Assembly (NCBI GenBank): GCA_951406725.2
Contig: OX597827.1
Span: forward strand, 11,408,001 to 11,472,000
Length of the DNA: 64,000 bases
Source of the DNA: Octopus vulgaris
Taxonomy: Eukaryota
Reading direction: 5' to 3'
Shown here: in pieces, positions 26,561-45,272 of the stretch
Layout of the letters: every line of letters starts with the position of its first letter
Numbering within the stretch: position 1 is the first letter of the stretch
Position numbers and translations under genes: made by a program
The notes under the pieces: model-generated
Databases searched by the model: none
Told to the model about the DNA's origin: nothing
The model's input: only the letters and a program-made list of their open reading frames with translations

Positions 26561-26770
26561 TATGAGTATATACATACATATATATATATGTATGTATATA
26601 TATATATATATATATACATATATAAGGATTTCACTTGAGCACAACAAAACAAATCAGTTGTTAAAACTCAATATATTGATGCTTTAAAATGAATTGTTTA
26701 GAGAGTACAGAGTATGCTATCAATTAATGAATAACAATAGAACATGAGGCGTTGTGTAACCACTTTCATT

Positions 26771-26851
26771 AGCTTACAACTGTTTCTGCTATAAGAAGCA
26801 GTGTACTCAGATCTGAGTACCTGTGCAACATCGTATGGCTTCCTCAGAGCC
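26771..26851 (-). ncRNA. Hammerhead ribozyme-like motif with enlarged stem II, inside a TA-flanked island (26625-26900)
   Basis: ggct-CTGAGGA-agc...[gtactcagatctgagtac]...gca-GAAA-C-agtt-G-T-A-agct. Confidence 0.6.
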
Positions 26852-26921
26852 ATTAAAAGGAAGTGCTTGTTTATTTTGGAATGTATTTAAATACATGTAT
26901 TAAAATGTATGTGTGTATATA

Positions 26922-27058
26922 TCATCATCATCATCATCATCATCATCGTTTAACGTCCATTCTCCATGCTAGCATGGGTTGGACGGTTCGACCGGGATCT
27001 GGGAAGCCAGAAGGTTGCACCAGGCTCCAGTCTGATCTGGCAGTGTTTCTACAGCTGG

Positions 27059-27063
<5 letters not shown>
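26922..27063 (-). mobile_element. 5'-truncated RTE-tail-type element ending in (GAT)n
   Basis: Reverse complement of 37548-37680 (ggcatccagctgtagaaac...gacgttaaacgatgatg). Another copy at about 30775-30990. Confidence 0.7.
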
Positions 27064-27090
<27 letters not shown>

Positions 27091-27317
27091 CCGGAGTAAA
27101 GACATAAATGTGAAACAAGGTGGAAAAAAGAGTACTCAAATACCAGTGGTAGAGTAATATGCTTTATTTAAAGCAGCAGAAAATTCAACAAAACCTGTTA
27201 CTCTGAGTTTCCCGTTGCCATTCATCGGACAGCTTTTTCTAGCAAAACTGTCCGATGAACGGCAACGGGAAACTCAGAGTTACAGGTTTTGTTGTATTTT
27301 CTGCTGCTTTAAATAAA
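27091..27317. mobile_element. Asymmetric fold-back element with two opposed hammerheads (27195-27232 minus; 27248-27285 plus)
   Basis: Near-perfect ~70-bp arms 27163-27232/27248-27317. ctgt-CCGATGA-acg(gcaa)cgg-GAAA-ctc-a-gag-T-(T/A)-acag. Unpaired flank 27091-27162; TA tracts on both sides. Confidence 0.85.
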
Positions 27318-27343
27318 ATATGTATATATATATATATATATAT

Positions 27344-27524
27344 AGGTGAGAAAGTTGGTTTGTGAAAGCACGTGGTTGAATATATAGAAAATAGTAAAAA
27401 GTGAAAAAACTACAGAAAATTTATTAAAAAATTTATAACATTCTTCAGATATATTGACTCAAATATATATTTTTTAACCTTTTAAAACAAGCCTTCTGTA
27501 GTTTTTTCACTTTTTACTATTTTC

Positions 27525-27532
<8 letters not shown>
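27344..27532. mobile_element. Fold-back element in (TA)n
   Basis: Arms 27380-27417/27494-27532 and unpaired left flank. CTGAAGA on the minus strand at 27442-27448. Confidence 0.7.
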
Positions 27533-27564
<32 letters not shown>

Positions 27565-27954
27565 TAGAGAGAGAGGAAAAGAGAGTGAGTGAGAGAAATG
27601 TGCATACATTCTATATATTAATGTTCATCAACAGAATAAATATGAAGTAAGTTTCCCTATCACTTTATGTGATGCTGTAATGGCCAAAACCTTTATTAGG
27701 ACTTTTAGGTTTACCTTTTTGACTACAGATTATCGGTCATTAAAACTAACCAATAGCAAATGTTTGCTAAAATAAATGGAGGCAGGTTTGTCCATGTGAT
27801 TAGGAAATTCAGTTTGTAACGATGTGGTTCCGGATCTGATCCCACTGTGCAGGAATTTGGGCAAGAGTCCACCACCACCATAGCATCAAACTGACCAGCA
27901 CCTAACACCTTGCCAGTGGAATTTAGCAGGCAGAGAGACTGTGCAGAAGCCCAC

Positions 27955-28246
27955 TACACACAATCACACACACAAACACACACACACACTCATGTGCGCA
28001 GCATGCACACACGCATATGCATGCATACACACACACAAACACACACATGCACTCACACAAAAACACACACATGCACACACACATACACATGCTCATGTGT
28101 GCACCATGCACACACAGGCATATGCATGCACACACACACACACACAAACACACACATGCACACACACATACACATGCTCATGTGTGCAGCATGCACACAC
28201 ACACACACATACACACACGCATATGCATGCACACACACATGCACAT

Positions 28247-28292
<46 letters not shown>

Positions 28293-28432
28293 ACATATGC
28301 ACACACACACACAAGCACACACATGCACACACATACATGCACACACACACAAACACACACATGCACACATATATGCACACACACACACACACACACAAAC
28401 ACACAAACAGACAGAAACACACACACACTCAT
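27955..28432. repeat. CA-rich alternating purine-pyrimidine tract with ~90-bp internal duplication
   Basis: Direct reading; acacacacatgcacacacacatacacatgctcatgtgtgca occurs twice. Confidence 0.9.
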
Positions 28433-28801
28433 GCAAAGCCTGTAAGAGTGAGTTTCTGCCTGTGCATAGGTCAAGTGTTCAAAGAACCAAGGAGAAGGCT
28501 CTATAACAATCTTCTGGGGCCCCTCTCCAACACCTTGCACTGCTTTGAATTCTGAGAAGAGTTCATTTGCCCAGGCTCACAGACACTTTTGTTCTGTTTT
28601 TCTAAGTTTCTTTCTGATGCATTGTACAAGTATCTATATGTGTGTGAGTGTGTATGAAAGTATGTGACCTGATAGTGTCACATTTATATATATTTTTTTC
28701 TTTCACTATCACGAGACTATGATATTATAAATAATAATATGCCCACTCCATTATCGAATATATGAGTGCCCATTTATCTATCTGCTTCACGGATTTCTGG
28801 A

Positions 28802-28846
<45 letters not shown>

Positions 28847-28988
28847 ATGCATGCACACACACATACAGACACACACACACACATATAGAAAGAGAGAGAG
28901 AGAAGGAAAAAGGTAGATATGTAGACACACAGACACACACACACATATTTGTATGTATATATATGTGTGTGTGTTATATTTATATACG

Positions 28989-29022
<34 letters not shown>

Positions 29023-29246
29023 ATGTGTGTTTATACATTTTACCTATGTATATCAGCAAAGAATATTAACAGGGGCAGAAACCAATACTTTCTAAATGAA
29101 GTGCTCCAAGTACCTAATGCTTCATTGCCAGTTATACCACCAGAAATACAGGGAACCAAACCAGGGGATTCACTCATTGGAAACTTGGAAAGGACAACAC
29201 TATAACTGGTGTTTACAAAATTCCAATATGTATATAAAACGAAATA

Positions 29247-29660
<414 letters not shown>

Positions 29661-31780
29661 TATTTATATGTCCTTATGAGGACAAATATCTGTCAAATGT
29701 AAATAATGTAAATAATGTACATAATTCCTCATCTCTTAAATATAGAACTGTATTTATATATATATACATCTTCATTGGCTTTTAATAATTTAAAGCTATT
29801 GATAGTTTTAGTTTAGTCCCTCAGGGATGTTCTCTAATACACATACCTGCTATTTCTTCGTACTGATCACCATCTTTGCCACTCCAGACTGGTCCACAGT
29901 GCATGTGAGGGGACATAGGGCTGTCATGTTTGGCAGACATTTGATTAAGTCTTTTGTTAGGGATCTCAGTAAGTCGAGGAATATACCTCTGCGGAGAAAA
30001 AGATCAAAGAAAGAAAAAAAAACAGAAATCAAAAGGAATGCCTACAATTTCACTGGTGGTGAACAACGGCAGTGATAAACGCATGCAGTGATAAACATAT
30101 TGTGGTAAACACTGAATTGGTTTATTTATTCACTGCCACTGGTAGTAAACATATAAATAAGACCAAGCCAATGAAGGGGAACATCTACAAGGTCGCTAAA
30201 ACTGCTAGAAAATGAAACTAAATATCCCTCAAAATCACATCCTAGCTTCTCCAAAACTGAAGAAATCACTCAACAAAAACAACAACAAAAAATAAGCACA
30301 AGTTATATAAAGAACAGGTAGGTGTCATAAACGAAAGAGTATGACATGGTGACATTTAGCATGCTTTCATTAATGGTTTCTGGCACCTATGTAGCTGCAA
30401 GCAGATGTAGACAGACCCTCATGGCCCTCTGCCATACTCCTTCTTTCGACCTACAGAACATCAAGGATGTAAACAAGTAGAGAGTGAGAGAGCAGACAAC
30501 ACCAGAACACAACAGGTACTTATTTACAGCTGAATGAAGGAAAGCAAGAACACAACACAGCACCCGGTCTGGGAACTGACCTCATAAACCAAGTACCCTG
30601 ACCAATAGGCTGTGCACCATCGCATGCAAGTTGTATAGAGCCCTATGATAACAGGATGGATAGTATTGTTGGAATACCTTCGATCATTGGTCTGCTCAGG
30701 GGTCATCTGAAACTAAACAACAACAACAACAACAACATAGATACATAAGATGATCCACCAAAAGCGTCTCTACATCATCATCATCGTCATCATCACCATC
30801 ACCATCATCATTTAGCACTCATATTCCATGTTGGCATGGATTGGATGGCTCGGCAGGATTTGGCAGATTAGAGGATGATATTGAAATCCTATATCAGTTT
30901 TGGTATAGGTTTTATGATTGATGACTTTCCTAATGCCAACTACTTTACAGGGTGTACTGGGTGCTTTTTTGTGTCACTGGCACCAGTGAGGATCCCAAGT
31001 AGTTTGCAAGATGTCCAATGATTGTGGGGGACTTAGTACTGAGGGTGGTGGCTTTAGCCAGGTGTTGAGAAGCAACACCTGGCTAAATATGATAGAGGGA
31101 TAGGAACAAGTGTTTTGCTCTAGAGGAGATACATTGCTACCCCAGCTGGGATAGGAGTAAAGAAGATGGTGATTATGAGGTGTCAAGGCATACCCTCAAG
31201 TTACAAGAGGATGATTATAAGAAGGGTGTGTACAGAAGAACAGGTGAGAAAGATAGGGGCAGAAGATCAGGTAGGTTTGGTTTGCAAGAGTGCAAGGTGA
31301 GTGATAGATAGGTAGAGATAGGAAATATAGGGATATTGGTGATGTTGTAAGCAGTAAACAAACAAGGGGCCATGGTCATTGGGGAAAAATCAGTTTGGGA
31401 TAAGGTAAAAAAAGAGGAGTGGGCCAGGGAAGAGGAGGTGATACGTGATAGTACGTGATTATCCAGTTTGCTATTTTGTTAAATCTGACTCAAACCATAC
31501 ATTAGCATCTTGGTAAAGAAAAGGAACGCATTGGGTAATATAGTTTTAGTTAGGCTTAAAATCCTGCAATAGATGGAATAACTATGATCACAGGTTTACT
31601 AAATAAAAGTTATAAATCTATGATTAAACAACATCAATAACAATATAAATAAATTTCTGTTGGCAGAGACTTTTTTTTTTTTTTTTGGAAACCGATTTTT
31701 AAAGAATGTGTTTATTTATTGAATCTATGTAATTATATGAGTAGGACCTGCATTTCAATGAACTAGTGAAGAATTTAAGT

Positions 31781-32178
31781 ACTCTCTTTTTACTCTTTTA
31801 CTTGTTTCAGTCATTTGACTGCGGCCATGCTGGAGCACCGCCTTTAGTCGAGCAAATCGACCCCGGGACTTATTCTTTGTAAGCCCAGTACTTATTCTAT
31901 CAGTCTCTTTTGCCAAACCGCCAAGTGACGGGGACGTAAACACACCAGCATCGGTTGTCAAGCAATGCTAGGGGGACAAACACAGACACATACATATATA
32001 TATATACATATATACGACAGGCTTCTTTCAGTTTCCGTCTACCAAATCCACTCACAAGGCATTGGTCGGCCCGGGGCTATAGCAGAAGACACTTGCCCAA
32101 GATGCCACGCAGTGGGACTGAACCCGGAACCATGTGGTTGTTTAGCAAGCTACTTATCACAGAGCCACTCCAGTGCCT
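31781..32178 (-). mobile_element. SINE family A, full length
   Basis: Reverse complement of 8046-8456. Confidence 0.9.
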
Positions 32179-32459
32179 AAGTCTTTCTAATTTTGGTAGA
32201 AGATCAGTAATTTTGATGGGAGTGGGGAAACCAATTACATTGACCTCAATGTTCAACTGGTACTGATTTTATTGACCTCGAAAGGATGAAAGGCAAAGAT
32301 GACCACAATTGCTTTTGAACTCAGAGTATAAGGAACTGGAAGGAATTCTTTTGCCAAGTATTTTCTCCACTCCCAAATAGCTTTACCATCTTGCCGTCTT
32401 TGAGTGTGTACATATAATAATATCTTCAACACGCGCTTCAAAAAATATATCTGAAACAT

Positions 32460-32596
32460 AACCAACCACATGGTTCCAGGTTCAGTCTCACTGCGTGGCA
32501 TCTTGGGCAAGTGTCTTCTGCTATAGCCCTGGGCCGACCAATGCCTTGTGAGTGGATTTGGTAGATGGAAACTGAAAGAAGCCTGTCGTATATATG

Positions 32597-32629
<33 letters not shown>

Positions 32630-32850
32630 TTGTGTGTCTGTGTTTGTCCCCCTAGCATTGCTTGACAACCGATGCTGGTGTGTTTACATCCCCATCACTT
32701 AGCGGTTCGGCAAAATAGACCGATAGAATAAGTACAAGGCTTACAAAGAATAAGTCCCGGGGGTCGATTTGCTCGTGTAAAGGCGGTGCTCCAGCATGGC
32801 CACAGTCAAATGACTGAAACAAGTAAAAGAGTAAAAGAGTAAAAAAGAGT
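32460..32850 (+). mobile_element. SINE family A, slightly 5'-truncated
   Basis: Starts at accaaccacatggttcc; full tail. Confidence 0.88.
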
Positions 32851-33241
32851 ATAAGCTTAGAAATATTAAATGAAAATGGCAGATATTTGAAGGAGTTCCA
32901 GGGTATATGTTTAATAGTAATTTGGTACTGTGTGTTGAAACGGTGGATTTATTTTAACCTTGCATCTCACCAGGATCAATCGAATCAGTATCAGATATGT
33001 ATCAGTGTCTGTTTAATCAACCCTACCATTATGCCATGTACTAAAACATTGTAGCATTGACTTAATGAAATACTAAACGTTTATTAAGTGTAAATAATAT
33101 GCAGTGTTAAAGTAATACAATAATGCAAGCACTGGTTTTTCTTTCACACATTCACACATGACATACATAAATATACTGGTTTACACAACACACAAAATGA
33201 CACAGAATTACATACATACATAAATGCACTGGATTATACTC

Positions 33242-33273
<32 letters not shown>

Positions 33274-33799
33274 ATTACTCTACATTTATACATACATAAA
33301 TAGCTTATATACATACATAAATACTCACACACACACACTGATTTACATACATAATAACACTTGTTTACACATATACATAACTATACTTACACATATACCA
33401 GAATAAATACGCAAAATTACTCACATATCTCAATACACTCGTTCCGCATACATGCATACATTCATAAATGCATGCATGCATACATACATACGGGCATGCA
33501 TATATACATACATTCATGCATACACAGATACATATATGCATAAAGGCATACATACATATATATGCTCATACACAAGTACATACACGCATACACTTATTTA
33601 CATTGTGTGGGGTTTTGTATTGACCGCCTATTATTACAACCCACTAGTAACACTCTACCTATTGTATTGTTATATTAACATACACAACTATTAAAGACGC
33701 ATACAATCACACATACACCACGCATGCATGCACATTCTGACATATAAGAGTATATATATATGAATACAAAGGACACACACATACACAAGTATATAAACA

Positions 33800-37680
<3,881 letters not shown>

Positions 37681-37699
37681 TAAAAATATATATATATTC

Positions 37700-38064
37700 T
37701 ATCTTTTATCATTTACTTATTTCAGTCATTAGACTGTGGCCATGCTGGGGTACCATCTTGAATTTTTAGTCGAATGAATCACCCTCAGTACTTATTTTTT
37801 AAGCCTGGTACTTATTCTATCAGTCTAGTTTGCTGAACTGCTAAGTTACAGGTATGCAAGAACACCAACATCAGACACACAAACATATATATATGCACAT
37901 ATACGGTGGGCTTCTTTCAGTTTCTGTCTACCAAATCCCCTCATAAGGCTTTGGTCAGCCCGAGGCTACAGTAGAAGACACTTGCCCAAGGTGCCACAGT
38001 GGGAATGAACCCAGAACCATGTGGTTCGTCAGCAAGCTACTTACGACACAGCCACTCCTGCACC
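37700..38064 (-). mobile_element. SINE family A
   Basis: Tail and head both recognisable. Confidence 0.8.
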
Positions 38065-38522
38065 TATATATATATATTTATATTTATGGAATGAAATATT
38101 TATATAGTCAACCATTTTCACTTATTCTCATCATGACTAAGCAGTTAGTGATAATGTTACATGACACAAAGCCAGCAATTCTGAGGGGTTGGGAAATTGA
38201 TTGCATTGACCTTAGGGCTCACCTGGTACTTACACCATTGATCCCGAAAAGATGAAAGCAAAGTTGACGTCAGTGAAATTTGAAATCCGAATGTAAAGGC
38301 AGATGAAATACTGATAAGCATTTTGCCTGGCATGCTAATTATTCTGCCTGCTTGCCACCTCAGATGTGTGTGTGTGTGTATACATTGAAAGAAAAAACAG
38401 TGAGACAGATAAAATATTACATGTGATTCAATGTTCAATGAGACTAAATACCAAAAACAATTCAGTTCAAGTTACACAGATAACTGCAGAACAATTGAAT
38501 ATTATAAATAATAGATTTGTAG

Positions 38523-38572
38523 GTTTTTACAAAATGATATGCTTTCACTCTATTGTAGGGTTCATCAGAAAC
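38523..38572 (-). ncRNA. Degenerate hammerhead-like motif
   Basis: gttt-CTGATGA-accct(acaat)agagt-GAAA-gcatatcattttg-T-A-aaaac; stems imperfect. Confidence 0.4.
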
Positions 38573-39342
38573 TGATATTTTTAATTTGTAGACACACCAT
38601 AAACTATATACAAATGCACACATATACACATATATCATATAGCTACTCATCTGGCTCCCTTTTACCCTGTCTCAGGGAAACGGGGATAGCTATGGATGGA
38701 GCCTTTTCCATCATATAAACCCAACAAATCAAAAGATCATAATTTTAGTAAAGGCATTTGCTGTAAAGTTCTGAATTCGACAGACTTCCAAATATTTGAT
38801 TAAAAGCTATCCGACGTTGTATTTTCCTGAATATTACATTTTATTCTTTCGCAGACAGTATATTCCCTATTAAGTTACAAAATGTTAACTTAATCATCAC
38901 TGTAAATCATGCATAACCACACGAATCTTAACAGAGATGGATTTAAACCTAACCTTGTTAGGATTTAAAGATTATTTGCCGAGTTGTGTGAGAAACTGAG
39001 AAAAATTAGAAAGAGCTGTGTGTAAAAACCTCAATGAACAGATTTCAGCAAACTGAGAAATAATTTTTCATATAAGATAACAAACTATCTTTTCACTTCA
39101 TCCATTTGAAGTTGTTCATAAAATACAGAAGCAGATCAATGTATTTTTTTATATGTCTGATTTTGCAGCGCTTTTTCTTTCTTTGAGGTTGTTAAAGGCA
39201 AAGAAAATTTCTCTTCTGAATTTTGTATTAATGTACATTTGTTTATACACACATACATACACTCATGGGTAAACCTCTAATTATACATAAATGTATGAAG
39301 ATAATAACAGTTTATGTGTATGTGTGTGTATGCATGTGCATG

Positions 39343-39391
<49 letters not shown>

Positions 39392-39449
39392 CATGTATGC
39401 ATCAATATCGTTGTCTCTTTCTTTATCTCAATCTCACTCTCTCCCACTT

Positions 39450-39504
<55 letters not shown>

Positions 39505-39522
39505 ATAGATATATATATATAT

Positions 39523-39602
<80 letters not shown>

Positions 39603-39689
39603 GTAGGTAGGTAGATAGATAGATTGATAGATAGATAGATAGATAGGTAGATAGATAGATAGATAGGTAGGTAGGTAGATAGATAGATT

Positions 39690-39738
<49 letters not shown>

Positions 39739-39781
39739 GTAGATAGATAGATAGATAGGTAGGTAGGTAGATAGATAGATT

Positions 39782-39862
<81 letters not shown>

Positions 39863-39882
39863 GTAGGTAGGTAGATAGATAG
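39523..39882. repeat. (AGAT)n array with recurring AGGT/TGAT variant blocks
   Basis: The block (aggt)3(agat)3tgat recurs three times. Confidence 0.95.
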
Positions 39883-42554
39883 ACTTTTCTACTAACTGAA
39901 AGACATAAAGTATCTATTCATATATATGCATGTGTTTGTGTGTTTGAGTGTGTGTGTATGTGTGTGTACAGTCAGAACTGCGCGAAGTTGTGTATATATA
40001 TATGTATGTATATATATATATATACACATATATAAATACATATATATATATGTATATATATATACACATATATATATACATATATATACATATATATGTG
40101 TGTGTGTGTGTAAATGCGTATGCTTGTATTTACATACACTTATGTATGAATATATTAGAGTTTTTATGTGGATGTATTCATAAAAGAGCCTTATAACCCC
40201 TGAGATATTAAAATAGACAATGTTTTGAAATATCCTTGATCTTAGCCATCTTGTTATCGATGTAGTAAAAATGATTTTTTTTTTTTTTTCGAAAATAAGT
40301 GAGATTTTATTGCCCGTAAAAGCAGCACTGTACTGCTCTTGTCTTCTCTCACATACCATCTTATAAATTCATAATAAAAACATGAGAAGATAAGTAACCT
40401 ATAAAAGTAATGATTTCCCTGGATAACGCTCTGCCTAATTGCATGGCAAAATAACTTAATGAAATTATCACCATATATGTTGTTGATGATATACTATACC
40501 AGTAGGTTTTTTTTTTACTTTATGGGTCTCTAACAAGACAAACGCACTAACATTATTTAGAGGAGTTAATCCATTTACTTACAAACCACTGGGCATGGCT
40601 ATTAATATATTCATTAAAAATTCATATGAAAAACCCACAAGAACAAAAATTTGCTCTAATCCCTGTTGCAATCTCAAAAAGAAATAAAAGAACCCCCCTC
40701 CTCCCTTCACTTCATCAATATATCTGTGTTTCCTTTTAATACTCCTCCCTACCATGGCCATCACCATCGTCACCGCAATTACTAACACTACAATCATCAA
40801 ACACACAAGATAACTCAATATAGAAATTATTGATGTAAACCTCTTTCAAGCAAAGTTTGAGTTTAACTGCAGAAAAAAAAAAAAAAAATTATATATATAT
40901 TCAGAAACACAATAAATATATATATATTGAATAAATGAGACCAGAAATCCTATTTAAAGTTAAAACTACTTCTTTAAAATGCATAAAGATGTACGAACCA
41001 TTTTATTACATTTCCTAACGAATTTGCGCAACCATACACTTTCATTAGTATACCAAATCTAGTAAATATTCCATTATTGCAATTCAGGAACAGGCGTGGC
41101 TGTGTGGTAAGAAGCTTGCTTCCCAACCACATGGTTCCAGGTTCAGTCCCTCTGCATGGCACTTTGGCCAAGTGTCTGAAATAAATGTTTTACTCTTAAG
41201 TAGTGGTGATGGGTTGATATGCTGATCACTTCCTTACCAAAATTATGTGGTTTTGTGCCACAGGGAAGTTTTACACACCTTTCTTTTCCACCTGGCGTAA
41301 TAATGTACCTACTCTACAGCAAGACATCTATCTCTGTACTTCTATATCTCTAATCTCTCATCAACTGGCACAAAATCATCCAGCCCCTCACTGCAACTCC
41401 CTCCTCCCCACTGAGGAGGCTTTTGACCCTGTCAGTGCTATGGCACATAAAGAACACTGTGTCTTCTAGGATCTCGGGCATCCGCCATCCGATTGCACTC
41501 AAATTTGATGTGTAGATACCAACGGTATCAGGGCATGTATAAATCTTGAAAAAATTACAAAAATCAATTCCAAGTGAGAATGCGATTGATAAAGCTGTTT
41601 TTGTTTTGCTTTTCTTCTGTCAACCTGTACATGACTGCACCTTCCATTTTTTTGTTGTTTTTGTACTGCTTAAAAGCACATTTATTTCCTGCCAAGCTTA
41701 CTGTTTAAACCATGTTTGTGTTCTCCCAGTCAACAGCCTTATCATTACTGGTACTTTAAACTCTTCGGTTGCATATTTGTGTGAATAAAATTTATCTTTG
41801 GAATAGAAAAAAAGTCTATCTTTATTTCTTCTTTTGCTGGTGTCTCAAATTTAGGTTAAATCAGTGTTTCTCAAAGGGGAGGCCTATGGGACGGCTGGAC
41901 AAGTTGTTTTGAGAAAATTTGGTTTAAATGTTTGACAACTCAGCACCGTCCATTGGATGGTGGGGCGTTTTGCTCGCATATATATATATATATATATATA
42001 TGAATGGCTTCTTTCAGCTTTCTACCAAATCCACTTACAAGGCTTTGGCTGGCCTTGGGCTATAGCAGAAGACACTTGCCAAAGGTGCCATGCAATGGGA
42101 ATGAACCTGGAACTACATGGCTAGGAAGCAAGCTTCTTACCACACACCCATGCCAGACTGTTTATTTTATAAAGACATTATAGGGTAGGTGTAAGAGGCC
42201 AGATCTGACCAGTTTGAATGTAAATGAGGTAGAATTTGGTGGGAGGGAGCAAGTATTATATTATATTGTATTGTTTAATACTAAAGAGTTAACATAGTGT
42301 TACCTGTTCTTCAAAATATTGCTGTAACATAAAATTCCAATACATGAGACATATTTTCTTATTGTCTTCCATGTAGCAGAACATTGGAAATCAATGATAG
42401 AAGAAAAAGTGGGTATTGTGTTATAGAATTTCACATAAAGTAAAACAATAGAATGCAATGAAATTAGTGATGGTCTGAATTGACAAATAAATAATTCAAT
42501 ACAGTAAATAATTCAAGTATTGGAATAAATGCTATGATATCATAACGGTACTGG

Positions 42555-43325
42555 AATAGCTGTGTGGTAAGAAGTCTGCCTCCCAACTAAACGGTTCTGG
42601 TTTCAGTTCCACTATGTGCCACCTTGAGCAGGTGTCTTCCACTATAACTTCAGGCTGACCAAAAGCCTTGTGAATTGATTTGGTAGACAGAAACTGAAAG
42701 AAACAGCTTGAAGACAGTGAGCTGGCAGAAGCGTTAGCACACTGGGTGAAATGCTTAGCAGTATTTCATCTGCCGTTACATTCTGAGTTCAAATTCCGGC
42801 AAGGTCAACTTTGCCTTTCATCCTTTCGGGGTCGATTAAATAAGTACCAGTTACACACTGGAATCGATATAATCGACTTAATCTGTCTTAATTTGTCTGT
42901 CCTTGTTTGCCCTCTCTGTGTTTAGCCCCTTGTGGGTAGTAAAGAAATAGGTATTTCATTTACCATTACATTCTGAGTTCATATTTCGCCTAGGTCGACT
43001 TTGCCTTTCATCCTTACGGGGTCGATAAATAAAGTACCAGTTATGCACTGGGGTCGATGTAATCGACTTAATCCCTTTGTCTGTCCTTGTTTGCCCCCTC
43101 TATGTTTAGCCCCTTGTGGGCAATAAAGAAATAAGGAACTGAAAGAAACATGTCATATATATGTGTGTGGGAACCAATACCCAAGATTTAACAGCTTGGC
43201 AGAAAGATATCATACTTTAAAAAAAAACTGTACCAGGGGCAATTCATTCAACTAAGAAATTCTTCATAGTAGTGTCCCAGCATGGGCCCTGTTTAATGAC
43301 TGAAGCAAGTAAACGATAACAGATA
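42555..43325 (+). mobile_element. Old SINE family A interrupted by SINE family B with duplicated 3' module (42716-43134)
   Basis: aactgaaagaaaca flanks the insert on both sides (42692-42705, 43137-43150). Internal duplication as at 15885. Confidence 0.8.
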
Positions 43326-43407
43326 CCTTGCAAAGGCAGAGAAATCTATTGTTTTCACCATTATATAGTTGAATGGGTGCTAAAATACTTTAGTGAGTGA
43401 AAGTAAT

Positions 43408-43461
<54 letters not shown>

Positions 43462-43722
43462 AATGATAACAATTGATAATAATAAATTAAAAATCAGGTA
43501 ATTAAAATTGCTGTTGCAATCATAAGAAGAAAACCTAAGCCTCAGAGAGAGTAATGTTAATCAAATATGGTCAATGCAAAGGGATGACAACTCTGGAATT
43601 CTAATTAATGGAAAATTAAAATTATGCATGCAGTATAGGGGTGGGGGGCATGATAATGTTACCTTGAGGACAAATATTAATTAAATCTGAATTTTCTTCA
43701 GTAATTATTATAACATATATAT

Positions 43723-43891
<169 letters not shown>

Positions 43892-43896
43892 TATAT

Positions 43897-43927
<31 letters not shown>

Positions 43928-44589
43928 TATGTGTGTGTATGTGTGTTTAGAAAAACTAGGTCAATTTTAGAACAGTTAGTTAATTTCAAATTTTAAATTT
44001 ACAGCACAAAAACACAAGGTGATAATTGGAAGTTCAGTTAATGCTTAAATGATAATTGTGACACACAGACACACATACACAAGCATTCACTCACACATGT
44101 ACATGCACTCACACACAAGCACGTACACACACACACACACTCACACACACACACACTCATATTTTAGAGCGGTGAGTTAATTTCAAATTTCAAACTCGCA
44201 GCACTAAAACACAATGTGATAATCAAAATTTTAATTAATGGTTTAAGTAACAATCGAGGCACACTCTTACAAATGCATACACACATACAAAACACAGATA
44301 TAAACATACACCTCTAACATTGTTATTATTCATACATAGTCACTGACACCAGCATCACCAAAATCCGTTAACTTTATTCTGGTTGATAAATTGCTTATCG
44401 CACAAATCTGATCTTTGCTCTAACATCTGTGATTCTCTCTCAACACATGTATCATCTCCGAGTACTGTCTCATCAATAACCACACCTAAATACACACACA
44501 TACACACACACACACACAACATATTCTTCAATGCATTTTCAACATAGTCTTATCAGGGATCATTTAAGTCATTAAATATTTAATTTATT

Positions 44590-44790
44590 CTTTTATTCTT
44601 TTAGTCTTTTGTTCTTTTCAGTCATTTGGCTGCGGCCATGCTGGAGCACTGCGTTTAATAAAGTGAGTCGATCCCAGGAATTCTTTGTAATCCTAGTACT
44701 TATTTTATCAGTCTCTTTTGCCAAACTGCAAAGTTGTAGGGACGTAAGCACACAAACATCAGTTGTCAAGTAATATTGGGGTGACAAACA

Positions 44791-44831
<41 letters not shown>

Positions 44832-45272
44832 CGGAGATGTACTTGCATAGCAAGTGACCTGATCTGAGATTGTGTGCTGGAATGAAAACAATTGCAGTGT
44901 GGAAATTGTTTATAAGCCATTTAAGAAACACACAAAACCGTTAGATTCACTTCAACATTTAAATATAATTTGTCAAAATATTTTCGTTTCTTTGAGACCG
45001 CGACCTGTTCACTGACAAAATTCTATGCAGCACAGAATTTTATCATTGAACAAGTTGTGGTCTCAAAGTCACGAAAATATTTTGACAAATTAAATTTAAA
45101 TGTTGAAGTGAATCTAACGGTTTTCGTGTGTTTCTTAAATGGCTTCTAAACACCTTCCACACTGCAATTGTTTATATATATATATATATATATATATATG
45201 CCAAGGTGCCATGCAGTGGCACTGAACTCAGAACTATGTGGTTGGTAAGCAAGCTACTTACCACACAGCCAC
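44590..45272 (-). mobile_element. SINE family A interrupted by a long fold-back element
   Basis: Tail 44590-44790; head 45200-45272. Confidence 0.75.
44830..45173. mobile_element. Asymmetric fold-back element (~140-bp arms) in (TA)n
   Basis: Arms 44886-45028/45030-45173 and unpaired flank 44830-44885. A single-arm copy lies at 54874-55030. Confidence 0.85.

Noticed and set aside
40583-40867. Possible minus-strand exon (poly-T acceptor at 40868, gtaagt donor near 40582)
   Set aside because: The acceptor derives from an A-run, the content is low-complexity, and no recognisable peptide results.
45035-45090. Hammerhead-like topology in the 44830-45173 fold-back (tttgtc...GAAAATATTTT-gacaaa)
   Set aside because: Stem I and the palindromic helix III are suggestive, but no acceptable CUGANGA core is present, so it is not called as a ribozyme.
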